Below the pieces are notes generated by a model that saw only the letters and a program-made list of their open reading frames with translations, did no database searches and was not told where the DNA came from. A program made the position numbers and the translations under genes. Shown piece after piece: positions 15,037-23,881 of a stretch of DNA of 46,456 bases; positions within the stretch are counted from its first letter, which is position 1, and the number at the start of each line of letters is the position of its first letter. Source of the DNA: Candidatus Aerophobota bacterium (GTDB lineage: Bacteria > Aerophobota > Aerophobia > Aerophobales > B3-G15); assembly GCA_014859225.1 (NCBI GenBank), contig JACUUP010000001.1:1-46456 (forward strand), in the 5' to 3' direction.

Positions 15037-15600
15037 TCACAGCTCAGGAGTGGCATACCCTGCGTCCTTTAGAACCTTCAGCAAACTTTCTCTTGCCTTT
15101 TTGTATTCATCGGTAAAAAAAGGCTTGCACATATCAATAGATACTTCCTCAGTCACCAGTTTACTGGCAAAAGCCATGCAGGTTGCCTGTCCACAATCTC
15201 CACAGTTGGTTCGGGGTAAAAGCTTGTAGATACCAAGGGCTGTTAATTTGGCACGCGTCTTGTAGCTCGGAGTAATCGTGTCTTTGTCCTCGTAGGTTCG
15301 GTTGATCAGGTCTTTTACCTCACCCAGAACTTTTTTTGCCTCTTCAGGATTTTTGCATCCTGCAACAAGCATATTTTCAGGATAAAGAGTAACCCCTCTA
15401 CCCTCTTGCCTAAAAGAAAGTGTCCTGGCTTCTGGATTATAGATAGTCCCTTTAAAGATGGCATTCAAGTAGGGAAATGCAGGGCTAATATCACCTATAA
15501 GCTCTGCTGTAGCCGTAACCGTCTCTACCTCTCCGGGACGGCAGGGTGGAAAAAAGGTATTGATTTTACGAAGCTCTTTGAGAAGCATACACCCTCTCAT
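15037..15600 (-). CDS. protein with C-terminal CFeSP (AcsC)-type [4Fe-4S] domain; N-terminal ~125 aa unknown
   Basis: LTALGIYKLLPRTNCGDCGQATCMAFASKLVTEEVSIDMCKPF aligns with my recollection of the N-terminal Fe-S domain of the corrinoid iron-sulfur protein large subunit (LTGLEIYKQLPKKNCGECGTPTCLAFAMNLASGKASLDSCPY). The exact start (Met1 or Met5) is uncertain. Confidence 0.7.
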   Translation of the reverse strand: MRGCMLLKELRKINTFFPPCRPGEVETVTATAELIGDISPAFPYLNAIFKGTIYNPEARTLSFRQEGRGVTLYPENMLVAGCKNPEEAKKVLGEVKDLINRTYEDKDTITPSYKTRAKLTALGIYKLLPRTNCGDCGQATCMAFASKLVTEEVSIDMCKPFFTDEYKKARESLLKVLKDAGYATPEL

Positions 15601-15763
15601 AATAGTTATTGTCTACTTTAACCATGTTGGTCAGCTCCTGGTATTTAATCGTAAAAGACAATTAGCAAAAAGCAGCCTACCCTACTCAAATTCCAACCAG
15701 CAAACCTTATAATAGAACACAGGAGGAAAATGTCAAATATCGCATTCTATATCAAAAAGTATC

Positions 15764-15831
15764 AAAAAGGGGACAGATTTATTTTCTGCTTTGCAGGAAG
15801 AAAATTAAAGAAAATAAATCTGTCCCCTTTT
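15764..15831. repeat. long perfect hairpin element, copy B
   Basis: AAAAAGGGGACAGATTTATTTT (15764-15785) and AAAATAAATCTGTCCCCTTTT (15811-15831). The arms are identical to copy A, but the 25-nt loop is unrelated. Confidence 0.85.
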
Positions 15832-15857
15832 ATTTTGGAGGATATTCAGCTGGAGGT

Positions 15858-16100
15858 TCAACTTTTCTCATTCTTGAGCCATTTTTTTATTTTATCAGGT
15901 GAGGCAATCTCCCCTGAACACATGAGCTTGCCGTCAATGGCAAGAGCCGGGGTCATCATTACCCCGAATTTGCTAATTTCTCGCACATCCTGCACCTTCT
16001 CAATCTCGGCTTCAACACCGAGCTCATCAATGGCTTCCCTGGCATTTGCCTCAAGCTTTCTACACTTTGCACAACCTGTTCCAAGAATCTGAACTTTCAT
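15858..16100 (-). CDS. small thioredoxin-fold protein (paralogue of 6306-6545)
   Basis: MKVQILGTGCAKCRKLEANAREAIDELGVEAEIEKVQDVREISKFGVMMTPALAIDGK... About 90% identical by hand alignment to the cassette 1 protein. ATG at 16100 with a GGGAGGG RBS. The longer track ORF (to 16178) overlaps the permease. Confidence 0.8.
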   Translation of the reverse strand: MKVQILGTGCAKCRKLEANAREAIDELGVEAEIEKVQDVREISKFGVMMTPALAIDGKLMCSGEIASPDKIKKWLKNEKS

Positions 16101-16128
16101 ACTATTCACCCTCCCTGCCGTGTTTTTT

Positions 16129-17166
16129 TTAAAACACAAATATTCCAAAAAGCATCCCGATAAAGGTGGACATAGCAACTACTAAAGTTATGTAAACAAG
16201 TGCTCTTTTTGTTCCCATGATGCTTCTTATAACGAGCATATTCGGGAGCGAGAGCGCAGGTCCAGCAAGAAGGAGCGCTAAGGCTGGCCCTCTTCCCATA
16301 CCTAAATCGAGAAAGGCTCGCAGGATTGGAACCTCGGTCAACGTGGCAAAGTACATCAATGACCCGGCAACTGATGCTATGAAATTAGAACGTAGTGCGT
16401 TTCCTCCCACCCAGGTCCTTATCACCTCAGGTGGCAAAAACTCTCTGATTATCCCGGCAGCAAATACTCCCACAAGGAGCCAGGGCAAAATTAGCAGGAC
16501 AAACTGATAGGTTGCTGCAAGCCAGGACAAAATCTCATTCTTGGTGAACCAGATTTTCAGCACAATGACCAGGAGCACGAGCAAGCCTGTAACTATCAAC
16601 CACTGTCCCCAGGCACCAAAAATGAGGATTCCTACGAGGTCGGCAAAGAATAAAAGGACTGCAGCAGGATTTTTTGAAGGTGTTTTGGGGTCAGCTACCG
16701 GAGAAAATTTTACCTTTTCCGCATCCTTTGTCCTTTTTTTCTCAAATATAGATGACATTATAAGACCAATAACGATGGAAAAGCCAACTGCCCCAATTGC
16801 TCGTGCTATACCAAGCTCTATCCCTAAAAGACGCGCCGAGTAAATAATGGCAAGCAGATTGATAGCAGGGCCTGAGTATAAAAAAGTGGTGGCAGGACCT
16901 ATTCCTGCTCCCAGGCTGTATATTCCGGAAAAAAGGGGAAGGATGGTGCAACTGCAAACAGCAAGCACTGTTCCTGCAACTGATGCTATGGCGTAGGATA
17001 AAACCTTGTTGGCAGAAGGTCCAAAGTACTTCAAGATAATTTCTTTTTTCACCATACTGCTTATCGCCCCGGCAATAAAAAAAGCAGGAACAAGACAGGT
17101 TAAAACATGAGCCGAGAGATACTCAATGAGTGCCCTCACCCCTGATAAGAGAATGGACACTAACAT
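16129..17166 (-). CDS. ArsP-like (PF03773-type) permease, paralogue of 6578-7612
   Basis: 345 aa, collinear with the cassette 1 permease and with the same AVCSCTILPLF motif. Most differences lie in the central loop. Confidence 0.75.
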   Translation of the reverse strand: MLVSILLSGVRALIEYLSAHVLTCLVPAFFIAGAISSMVKKEIILKYFGPSANKVLSYAIASVAGTVLAVCSCTILPLFSGIYSLGAGIGPATTFLYSGPAINLLAIIYSARLLGIELGIARAIGAVGFSIVIGLIMSSIFEKKRTKDAEKVKFSPVADPKTPSKNPAAVLLFFADLVGILIFGAWGQWLIVTGLLVLLVIVLKIWFTKNEILSWLAATYQFVLLILPWLLVGVFAAGIIREFLPPEVIRTWVGGNALRSNFIASVAGSLMYFATLTEVPILRAFLDLGMGRGPALALLLAGPALSLPNMLVIRSIMGTKRALVYITLVVAMSTFIGMLFGIFVF

Positions 17167-17221
17167 TTGTTTCTCCTTTTTATGATTAAATGGTCAGCTT
17201 AGCATATATTGCGGAAAAATT

Positions 17222-17533
17222 TTAGCTTAAAATGGCGGCTTTTTCCTTTGCTACTTTTTTTACAAAAGATAAAACAAGCTCAAGTACCTTAAACACATTT
17301 TCATCCTGCACTCTGTAATAAACACTTACCCCCTTTTTCCTTGAAGAAAGTATCCCTGCTCTTTTTAAAGCAGCAAGGTGGCGCGAGATATTGGACTGTT
17401 CCTCCCCAAGATGAGGAAAAATCTCACATACACACATCTCATTCTTCCTCAAATACTCAACAATCTTTATCCTGGTTGGATGAGATAGCGCCTTGAAATA
17501 TTTTGCCTGTGCCTCATAAATTTTTCCATCCAC
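17222..17533 (-). CDS. arsR: ArsR/SmtB family repressor, paralogue of 7670-7981
   Basis: 103 aa. NEMCVCEI keeps the CVC site. 82 of 103 residues are identical to the cassette 1 ArsR by my hand alignment. Confidence 0.9.
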   Translation of the reverse strand: MDGKIYEAQAKYFKALSHPTRIKIVEYLRKNEMCVCEIFPHLGEEQSNISRHLAALKRAGILSSRKKGVSVYYRVQDENVFKVLELVLSFVKKVAKEKAAILS

Positions 17534-17555
17534 CGTAGTTTCCTTTATTTATGCT

Positions 17556-17607
17556 TTTATGGTTAAATACTCATAAAGTGTTATAAATAAAATCATCTTC
17601 CTGTCAA
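17556..17607 (-). promoter_or_regulatory. arsR (cassette 2) promoter and putative operator
   Basis: On the minus strand: TTGACA (17607-17602), 16-nt spacer, TATAAC (17585-17580). The inverted repeat TTTATGG-N8-TCATAAA (17556-17577) sits in the same relative position as in cassette 1. Confidence 0.5.
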
Positions 17608-17696
17608 GTCAGAGGTCTCTTACTTGATACAGGTCACACATCCACCTGTCATTTTTACAAGGTCTACGGACTTAAGTTTAAATACGACCCCAAACC

Positions 17697-18044
17697 TCAG
17701 GAGCGTACCATAGTTAAAACCATCTTAAATTTATTTATTGCCTTGAGAACATGGGGCTTATTCGCAGGCATTATAATCATCTCACCTTCTTTTACACAAA
17801 AGGGTTTGCCAGAGATAGCAATCTCTGCCTCACCTTCAACAAGAAAGATAAGAGCATCAAAAGGTGTTGTATGCTCACTGAGTCCCTGTCCTTTATCAAA
17901 AGCAAAGAAGGTTACTGTGCCTGCTTTCTTATCAATTATGCTTCTACTTACTATAGATTCTTCCTGGTATTCTGCCAGCTCAGTTAGTTTTAGAGATCTG
18001 GCAACAAGCTTTTCCATAGTTTCTTGCCTGTTATTTTGCTCCAT
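17697..18044 (-). CDS. cupin domain protein
   Basis: 115 aa. GLSEHTTPFDALIFLVEGEAEIAISGKPFCVKEGEMIIMPANKPHVL contains the cupin motifs (G.xEH...G...P...H). Confidence 0.75.
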   Translation of the reverse strand: MEQNNRQETMEKLVARSLKLTELAEYQEESIVSRSIIDKKAGTVTFFAFDKGQGLSEHTTPFDALIFLVEGEAEIAISGKPFCVKEGEMIIMPANKPHVLKAINKFKMVLTMVRS

Positions 18045-18082
18045 ATTTTGACTCCTTGACTAAGATTTCAGTGCCCATAACA

Positions 18083-18106
18083 TGACAGGCGAGACGCCTG
18101 TCCTAC
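18083..18106 (-). repeat. 24-nt palindromic REP-like element (inverted copy)
   Basis: TGACAGGCGAGACGCCTGTCCTAC is the reverse complement of the element at 41201 and 42842. The core GACAGGCG-NNN-CGCCTGTC forms an 8-bp stem. A degenerate copy lies at about 18143-18172. Confidence 0.85.
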
Positions 18107-18383
18107 TTTACCTTAGCTGTCCTACGATGTATTAGCCATCTCTGGCAGGATGGGCGAGATGCCTGTTCTGCCTCTAAAGACCACTTCAACACTTCATTTC
18201 TTCTCGCAACCAAGGTGGTTTACTAACTACTTAACAGTATTTTTTATCTTACTTTTCTTTTTACCTTAAGTCAATTCTTTTTCTCTTAATCCGGGAACTT
18301 TTTTTGTGTTTTTATGTCTAAATTAGTTGTAAATATGGTTACTAAAATATTTTTTAAAAGGTCAATAAAAAAGGGAGGATTTG

Positions 18384-19478
18384 ATGAAAGGCGCAGGAAA
18401 AAAATTTATTGTGTTGGTAGCGGTTTTAACAGTATTTGGCGCAGGCGCATCGTTAGCTTTGGCAGCACAGGTTCCAGAGTCTCCTGAAGTCATCTCTTTA
18501 ACTGATGCAATAAAACTGGCAGCTGCCCATAGCCCGCACATAAAAAGAGCTGAGCTTGAGCTCAAAGAAGCAGAGCTTTCTCTCAACGAGGTACGGGCAG
18601 AGCAGTATCTTCAACCCTCACCTGTTAGGCTTCGGGAAGCAGAAAATTCAGTCAAGCTGGCTGCGATAGATCTTGAAACGGCGAGGCAGGATGTAGCTTT
18701 TTCCGTTGAAGAGGCTTATTATGAGATTATAAGGCAGCAAAATCTGGTGAAAGTTAATGAAGAGGCGCTACTATCGGTTACAACTGACCTGAAAACGGTG
18801 GAAAGTAGATTTAGGGCAGGAGTTGCCTCCAGGTTAGACCTTTTAAGCGTGAGAAACCAGGTAAGCTCCGTGGAAGTTACATTGCAGGCAACTAAGCGAG
18901 ACCTGGAGAATACACTCTTTGCGTTCTCGCTTCTTACAGGAGTAGAAATTGGCGAAATTAAACTTAGCTATGAAAGCTACGAGGATTACACCATTCCAGA
19001 CGTGGAAATAAATTTAGATACATCTATCAAGGAAGCTTTAAATAACAGAGTAGAGGTTAAAAAAGCAAAGTTAAATGTAAACTTGCGAGAAACCGATTTA
19101 GAATTGGCAGACCCTGCCTATACCCCTGATATACAAATAGAGAGAATAAGGATAGCCTTAGAAAAGGCAAGGATAGATGAAGGAAGCGTGAAAGAGGAGA
19201 TAATTCTTGAGGTTAGACGTTTATTTAATACTCTGAAAAAATCAGAGCAGCTTATTGAAGTTAACCGACAAAAATGTGAACAGCTCAAAGAAGCCTTAAG
19301 TGTTGCAGAAGCAAGATTTGAGGCAAAAATAGTTACAATTGGCGAAGTCCTGGATGCCAAAACAAACCTCATAGAAGGAGAAAGTAGTTACATCAATTCT
19401 ATTTTTGACTACAATCTTAATCTGACAAGATTTTTTAACTATATTGGGCAGAGCTTCAGCGAAAGAGAGGAAAAATGA
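18384..19478 (+). CDS. TolC-family outer membrane efflux protein (short paralogue 1)
   Basis: Signal peptide ...GAGASLALAAQ. Coiled-coil rich, with typical TolC repeats (LTDAIKLAAAHSPHIKRAELELKEAE..., ...RFEAKIVTIGEVLDAKTNLIEGESSYINSIFDYNL). The ATG at 18384 has GGGAGG 5 nt upstream. Confidence 0.8.
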   Translation: MKGAGKKFIVLVAVLTVFGAGASLALAAQVPESPEVISLTDAIKLAAAHSPHIKRAELELKEAELSLNEVRAEQYLQPSPVRLREAENSVKLAAIDLETARQDVAFSVEEAYYEIIRQQNLVKVNEEALLSVTTDLKTVESRFRAGVASRLDLLSVRNQVSSVEVTLQATKRDLENTLFAFSLLTGVEIGEIKLSYESYEDYTIPDVEINLDTSIKEALNNRVEVKKAKLNVNLRETDLELADPAYTPDIQIERIRIALEKARIDEGSVKEEIILEVRRLFNTLKKSEQLIEVNRQKCEQLKEALSVAEARFEAKIVTIGEVLDAKTNLIEGESSYINSIFDYNLNLTRFFNYIGQSFSEREEK

Positions 19479-20794
19479 AAATAGGCAAATTCGGGATAGT
19501 AGCAGTTATAATAGCTTTTTCTTTTCTCCCGCATATTGTTTTTGCTCAAGAATTCACCCTAAAAGAAGCTATTTCCTATGCCTTGAAAAACTCACCCCTA
19601 ATACAAGAGATTGAAGAAAACCTGGTATCTGCCAGAAGTAAGTACAAAGAAGAGCTTTCTACTCTTCGCACCTCGGTTGACTTGAGTGCCAGCACAGCAG
19701 CAGAAGCAGAAAGAGAATCTTTAACATCATCTATAAAGCTAAATCTTAAAAAACCCTTAAGCTTTTCACCTCATAGCTTAAGGTCGGTAAAAATAGCAGA
19801 GTTAGAGATGGAAAGTGCCCGGGCAAGATACAAAGCTCAGATGGCTGATGCCCTGCTGGAGATTAAAAACGCCTACTATTCGCTTTTTAAGGCACAGGAG
19901 TTTTCCCAACTGGCAGATGCAAAGCTAAAGGAAGGCAAAGAAAAGGTAGAGATTGAACAAAAAAAGGTTGAAAGAGGGGTTGCCTCAGAAATTGACCTTC
20001 TTCGGGCAAAAATTGAACTTGGCAACCTGGAAAAAGCAGTAATAGAGGCAGAAAATCAACTTGCTCTGGCAAAAATAAAGTTAAATCAAATCTTAGGAAG
20101 AGAACCTAAAGCGAAAATCTTTGTTAAAGAAGAGCTCAACGCTTCTTTACCTTTTGCCATGGACCGCAACTCTTTAATTGCTGAGATACTAACAAAAAGA
20201 CCAGAAGTTATTGAAGCTCAAAATTCCCTTGCGGGGACAAGTTTAGCTTTAGAGGAACTTATCTCTCAAAAAAGCCCTTCTTTTTCAGTTTATGGCGCCT
20301 ATCAGGTTGAGAATGGAGAAGCAAGGCTTAGCCTTGATGACAGGCTTAATGCCGCAGGCGAGATTTCCTATTCACCCAATACTGTATCTACTCTTGAAAA
20401 TTCAAAAGATGGGTGGAGGGTTGGAGTAACGCTAACCTGGACTGTCTCCGATGGGGGAGGACTTGATGAACGCATAAAGCAAAAACAATCTTCAGTGCGT
20501 CAGGCTGAAATAGCTCTCCAAAGAACTAAAGATTCTATTATTATTGAGGTAGAGTCTGTTAGGATGGCGGTGGAGGAAAATGAAAAACTTCTGGAAATAG
20601 CCAAAAAGCAGTTAGATGGGGCACAAAAAGTTTATAATATAAGTGAGGAAAGATTTCAAGCAGGGGTAATTACCGCATTTGAACTTCTACAAAGAGGTGG
20701 AGAAGCTCTGGAGGCAGAAAAAAACTATCTTTCAGCTCTTGTTGAATATAGCTTAAGTGTTGAGCGCTTAAAAAAGTGCCTGGTTATTGAATAA
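19475..20794 (+). CDS. TolC-family outer membrane efflux protein (paralogue 2)
   Basis: Has its own signal peptide (...LPHIVFAQE). LKEAISYALKNSPLIQ... and ...RFQAGVITAFELLQRGGEALEAEKNYLSALVEYSLSVERL are TolC signatures. ATGA overlap with paralogue 1. Confidence 0.8.
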   Translation: MKIGKFGIVAVIIAFSFLPHIVFAQEFTLKEAISYALKNSPLIQEIEENLVSARSKYKEELSTLRTSVDLSASTAAEAERESLTSSIKLNLKKPLSFSPHSLRSVKIAELEMESARARYKAQMADALLEIKNAYYSLFKAQEFSQLADAKLKEGKEKVEIEQKKVERGVASEIDLLRAKIELGNLEKAVIEAENQLALAKIKLNQILGREPKAKIFVKEELNASLPFAMDRNSLIAEILTKRPEVIEAQNSLAGTSLALEELISQKSPSFSVYGAYQVENGEARLSLDDRLNAAGEISYSPNTVSTLENSKDGWRVGVTLTWTVSDGGGLDERIKQKQSSVRQAEIALQRTKDSIIIEVESVRMAVEENEKLLEIAKKQLDGAQKVYNISEERFQAGVITAFELLQRGGEALEAEKNYLSALVEYSLSVERLKKCLVIE

Positions 20795-20835
20795 AAAGCT
20801 ATGGCTAAAAAGATGCTAAAGTGAGGATAACAGAT

Positions 20836-21921
20836 ATGCTTTTAAAAAAGAAAAAAGTATGGATTCCTTTAATAATTTTAATAGCTGCTGCAGGAACAGG
20901 GGGAACGCTTTATTATTATACGAGAGCAGATACAAAGAATACTGCAAGCATGGCTCAAATGCGAGAAGTGCCAGTCTGGCGGGGGGAAATAATAGATACG
21001 ACCCAGGCAGATGGAGTTGTGGGGGCCAACAGACGATTTGCGCTCAGAGCAAAAAATTCAGGCGAGATCGCCCGGGTGTATGTGAGTGAAGGTGAAATGG
21101 TGGATGAAAAACAGCTTATTGCCGAGCTTGATACCGAAGAGCTAAAAATTAGATTAAGGCAAGCTGAGATAAAATTTAACTCAGCCCGGCAGACGCTTGA
21201 GCGAGTCAGGTATCTTTTTGAGCAAAAAGCTATCTCAAAAGGGGAGCTGGAGGATGCTGAGTTTAGTTTTGCTGAGGCAGAAGAAAATTTAAATCTGGCG
21301 AAACTTCAATTTGAGCAAGCCTTTTTTAAATCCCCTATCCGGGGAGTTGTTACCAGTCTTCCAGTGCAGGAGACCGATATGGTATCTTCGGGAAGCGATG
21401 TTGCCATTATATCAGAGCTTGACCCAATAAAAGTTATCGCCTATATAAATGAGATAGACATAAGATTGTTAAAAGTGGGGCAAAAAGCAATCATTGTAGC
21501 TGATGCCTATCCTAAGAGAGAATTCCAGGGAAAAGTGATTAAAATTGCACCTGAGGCAGGAGTGCAGGATGGTGTGGTAAGCTTTGAGGTTACGGTGGAA
21601 CTTTCAAATAAAGAGGGAATGTTAAAACCAGGAATGAGCACCGAGGTACAAATAATTACCACGCAAAAAACCGATGTCCTTTTAGTTCCACGTGAGGCAA
21701 TAAGGATTGAAGAAGGACAAACATTCGTTATGGTTAGAGAGGGAGAGAAAGAAACTCTGAAAAAGGTAAGAACGGGATTAATCAGCGTAAATTTTACCGA
21801 AATTATTGAAGGCTTGAAGGATGGGGATAAAGTTCTCGTTTCTGCACAAACTCCTTTAGCAACACCAGCTGTAAGACCTGGTGCACCCGGAGGAATAGTT
21901 CCCATGATGCGGGTCCGCTGA
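20836..21921 (+). CDS. efflux periplasmic adaptor (HlyD/MacA family)
   Basis: N-terminal TM, then a coiled-coil hairpin (LKIRLRQAEIKFNSARQTLERVRYLFEQKAISKGELEDAEF...), then beta-barrel domains (SPIRGVVTSL...). The ATG at 20836 with a GAGGA RBS is preferred over the GTG at 20821. Confidence 0.8.
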   Translation: MLLKKKKVWIPLIILIAAAGTGGTLYYYTRADTKNTASMAQMREVPVWRGEIIDTTQADGVVGANRRFALRAKNSGEIARVYVSEGEMVDEKQLIAELDTEELKIRLRQAEIKFNSARQTLERVRYLFEQKAISKGELEDAEFSFAEAEENLNLAKLQFEQAFFKSPIRGVVTSLPVQETDMVSSGSDVAIISELDPIKVIAYINEIDIRLLKVGQKAIIVADAYPKREFQGKVIKIAPEAGVQDGVVSFEVTVELSNKEGMLKPGMSTEVQIITTQKTDVLLVPREAIRIEEGQTFVMVREGEKETLKKVRTGLISVNFTEIIEGLKDGDKVLVSAQTPLATPAVRPGAPGGIVPMMRVR

Positions 21922-21942
21922 GAAAAATGACAAGGATGACAC

Positions 21943-22626
21943 ATGCTCATACAATTGCAAGATGTAGTTAAAATTTACAATTTAGGTGCCCATTTTATAG
22001 AAGTTCCCGCTTTGCAGGGCGTTTCCTTGAATATTGAAAGGGGCGAGTTCGTAGCCATAATGGGGCCTTCCGGCTCAGGCAAATCAACCCTCATGAACAT
22101 CATAGGCTGCCTTGACCGTCCTACAAAAGGGTCATATTTTCTTGAAAATACTGATGTATCCAGACTAAGCGACAGGGAGCTGGCAAAAATCCGTAATCGT
22201 CAGATTGGATTTGTATTCCAGACATTTAACCTGCTTCCAAGAGAAACTGCCCTGCAAAATGTTGAATTACCCATTATATATGCAGGCATAAAAGCTTCAG
22301 CCAGGAAAGAGAAAGCTAACCAGGCACTTGGGCAGGTGGGGTTAGCTGAGCGGGAAGCCCATAAACCAAACGAGCTATCCGGGGGGCAACGGCAGAAGGT
22401 AGCAATAGCAAGAGCTCTGGTAAATAGCCCTTCTATAATTCTTGCTGATGAGCCCACAGGTAACCTGGATACCACATCAGGCAAAGAAATTATGCAAATA
22501 TTTGGAGAATTAAACAAGGAAGGACGGACAATTATCCTGGTAACGCATGAGGCAGAAATTGCAACCTATGCGAAAAGATTTATAAAAATGCGTGACGGAA
22601 AGATTGTTGAAGATAGTTCAAAATGA
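21943..22626 (+). CDS. ABC transporter ATP-binding protein (MacB/LolD type)
   Basis: Walker [11 protein letters not shown]-loop [10 protein letters not shown], signature [15 protein letters not shown], Walker [12 protein letters not shown]. Confidence 0.9.
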   Translation: MLIQLQDVVKIYNLGAHFIEVPALQGVSLNIERGEFVAIMGPSGSGKSTLMNIIGCLDRPTKGSYFLENTDVSRLSDRELAKIRNRQIGFVFQTFNLLPRETALQNVELPIIYAGIKASARKEKANQALGQVGLAEREAHKPNELSGGQRQKVAIARALVNSPSIILADEPTGNLDTTSGKEIMQIFGELNKEGRTIILVTHEAEIATYAKRFIKMRDGKIVEDSSK

Positions 22627-22638
22627 GGTAAAGTCATT

Positions 22639-23844
22639 ATGAATTTTTGGGAATCGGTAAAAGTAGCTCTTTCTGGAATTGCCGCTAATAAGCTACGGTC
22701 TCTTCTCACCGTGCTCGGTGTAATCATTGGAGTTGGCGCGGTTATAGCTATGCTCTCTTTGGGAGAAGGAGCCAGGGTGCAGATATCTGAGAGAATCGCC
22801 GGTCTTGGAACTGACCTTTTAATAATTCGCCCGGGACGATTTGGGCTTCCGGGTGCTGCGGCGGGTGCACGCGGCTCCGCCGACGTTCTCACCTTTGAAC
22901 ATGCCAGGGCTCTGGTGCAAAACACAAGCAGTATCATTCGGGTTGCACCTGAAGTTTCCAGAACAGTTACCATAAGTGCAGGGGGAACGAATCTAAGGGA
23001 AACAGTGGTGGGAACAACACCAGATTTCACTGAGGTAAGAAGGACATCTGTTGCTTACGGGAGATTTTTTGACAATGAGGAGATAGAACGGGCAAGTAGA
23101 GTAGCGGTTCTTGGTTCTGGCGTGGCGAACGAGCTTTTTACAAACGCAAGTCCCTTAGGACAAATGATACGAATAGATGGGCGCTCATTTACCGTCATTG
23201 GAGTACTTGCAGAGCGAGGACAGAGAGGGATGTTCAACACGGATGATAATATATATGTTCCCCTTACTACCGCCCAGCAACGTCTTTTCGGAACAAAGTA
23301 CCTCGGGACAATATACGTCCAGGCACGCGAAAACAACCTGGTAAGACAGGCAGAAGATGAGGCTTCTGCTCTGCTTTTAGTTGAACTTGGCAACACTGAA
23401 CTTTTTTTTATCCAGAACATGGGTGAAATTCTCGCTACCGCAGAAGAGACGGCAAAAACATTCACCTTCCTGCTGGCAGGAATCGCAGCAATCTCCCTGC
23501 TGGTGGGAGGCATAGGAATTATGAATATCATGCTGGTATCGGTCACGGAAAGAACAAGAGAGATTGGTATAAGAAAAGCGGTAGGTGCCTCAGGTAAAGA
23601 TATACTTTTCCAATTTATCATTGAAGCCGTGGTACTGAGCGCTACGGGAGGCATACTCGGAATACTATCAGGAGTTGTTATCTCAAGATTAGCCTCTTCT
23701 TTCAGTGGCTGGCCCGTGGTAGTATCAATGACCTCTATAGTATTTGCTATTAGCCTCTCCTTAGCGGTAGGGCTCTTTTTTGGAATCTGGCCCGCCAGCC
23801 GTGCCGCTAAAATGGACCCCATTGAAGCTCTGCGCTACGAATAA
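22639..23844 (+). CDS. ABC transporter permease (MacB/FtsX type with large periplasmic domain)
   Basis: 401 aa. TM1 is followed by a ~230-aa periplasmic domain and a C-terminal FtsX 3-TM bundle (GGIGIMNIMLVSVTERTREIGIRKAVGA...). Confidence 0.85.
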   Translation: MNFWESVKVALSGIAANKLRSLLTVLGVIIGVGAVIAMLSLGEGARVQISERIAGLGTDLLIIRPGRFGLPGAAAGARGSADVLTFEHARALVQNTSSIIRVAPEVSRTVTISAGGTNLRETVVGTTPDFTEVRRTSVAYGRFFDNEEIERASRVAVLGSGVANELFTNASPLGQMIRIDGRSFTVIGVLAERGQRGMFNTDDNIYVPLTTAQQRLFGTKYLGTIYVQARENNLVRQAEDEASALLLVELGNTELFFIQNMGEILATAEETAKTFTFLLAGIAAISLLVGGIGIMNIMLVSVTERTREIGIRKAVGASGKDILFQFIIEAVVLSATGGILGILSGVVISRLASSFSGWPVVVSMTSIVFAISLSLAVGLFFGIWPASRAAKMDPIEALRYE

Positions 23845-23881
23845 TACTTGCACAATTTCAATTCTTAGTTATAATAAATAT

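Noticed and set aside
15858-16178. Longer starts proposed by the ORF track for several genes (16178 for the thioredoxin paralogue, 6327 for DGC, 23780 for SLT, 20821 for the adaptor, 18381 for TolC, 3104 for TPR)
   Set aside because: In each case an internal ATG with a proper Shine-Dalgarno sequence removes an overlap with the preceding gene. It also matches the paralogue or family N-terminus.
21507-23822. Long minus-strand ORFs (21507-21950, 22200-22517, 22566-23030, 23055-23822) opposite the efflux operon
   Set aside because: The plus-strand genes carry unambiguous ABC, FtsX and adaptor motifs. The antisense ORFs are Ser/Pro/Thr/Ala-rich shadows typical of the complementary frame.
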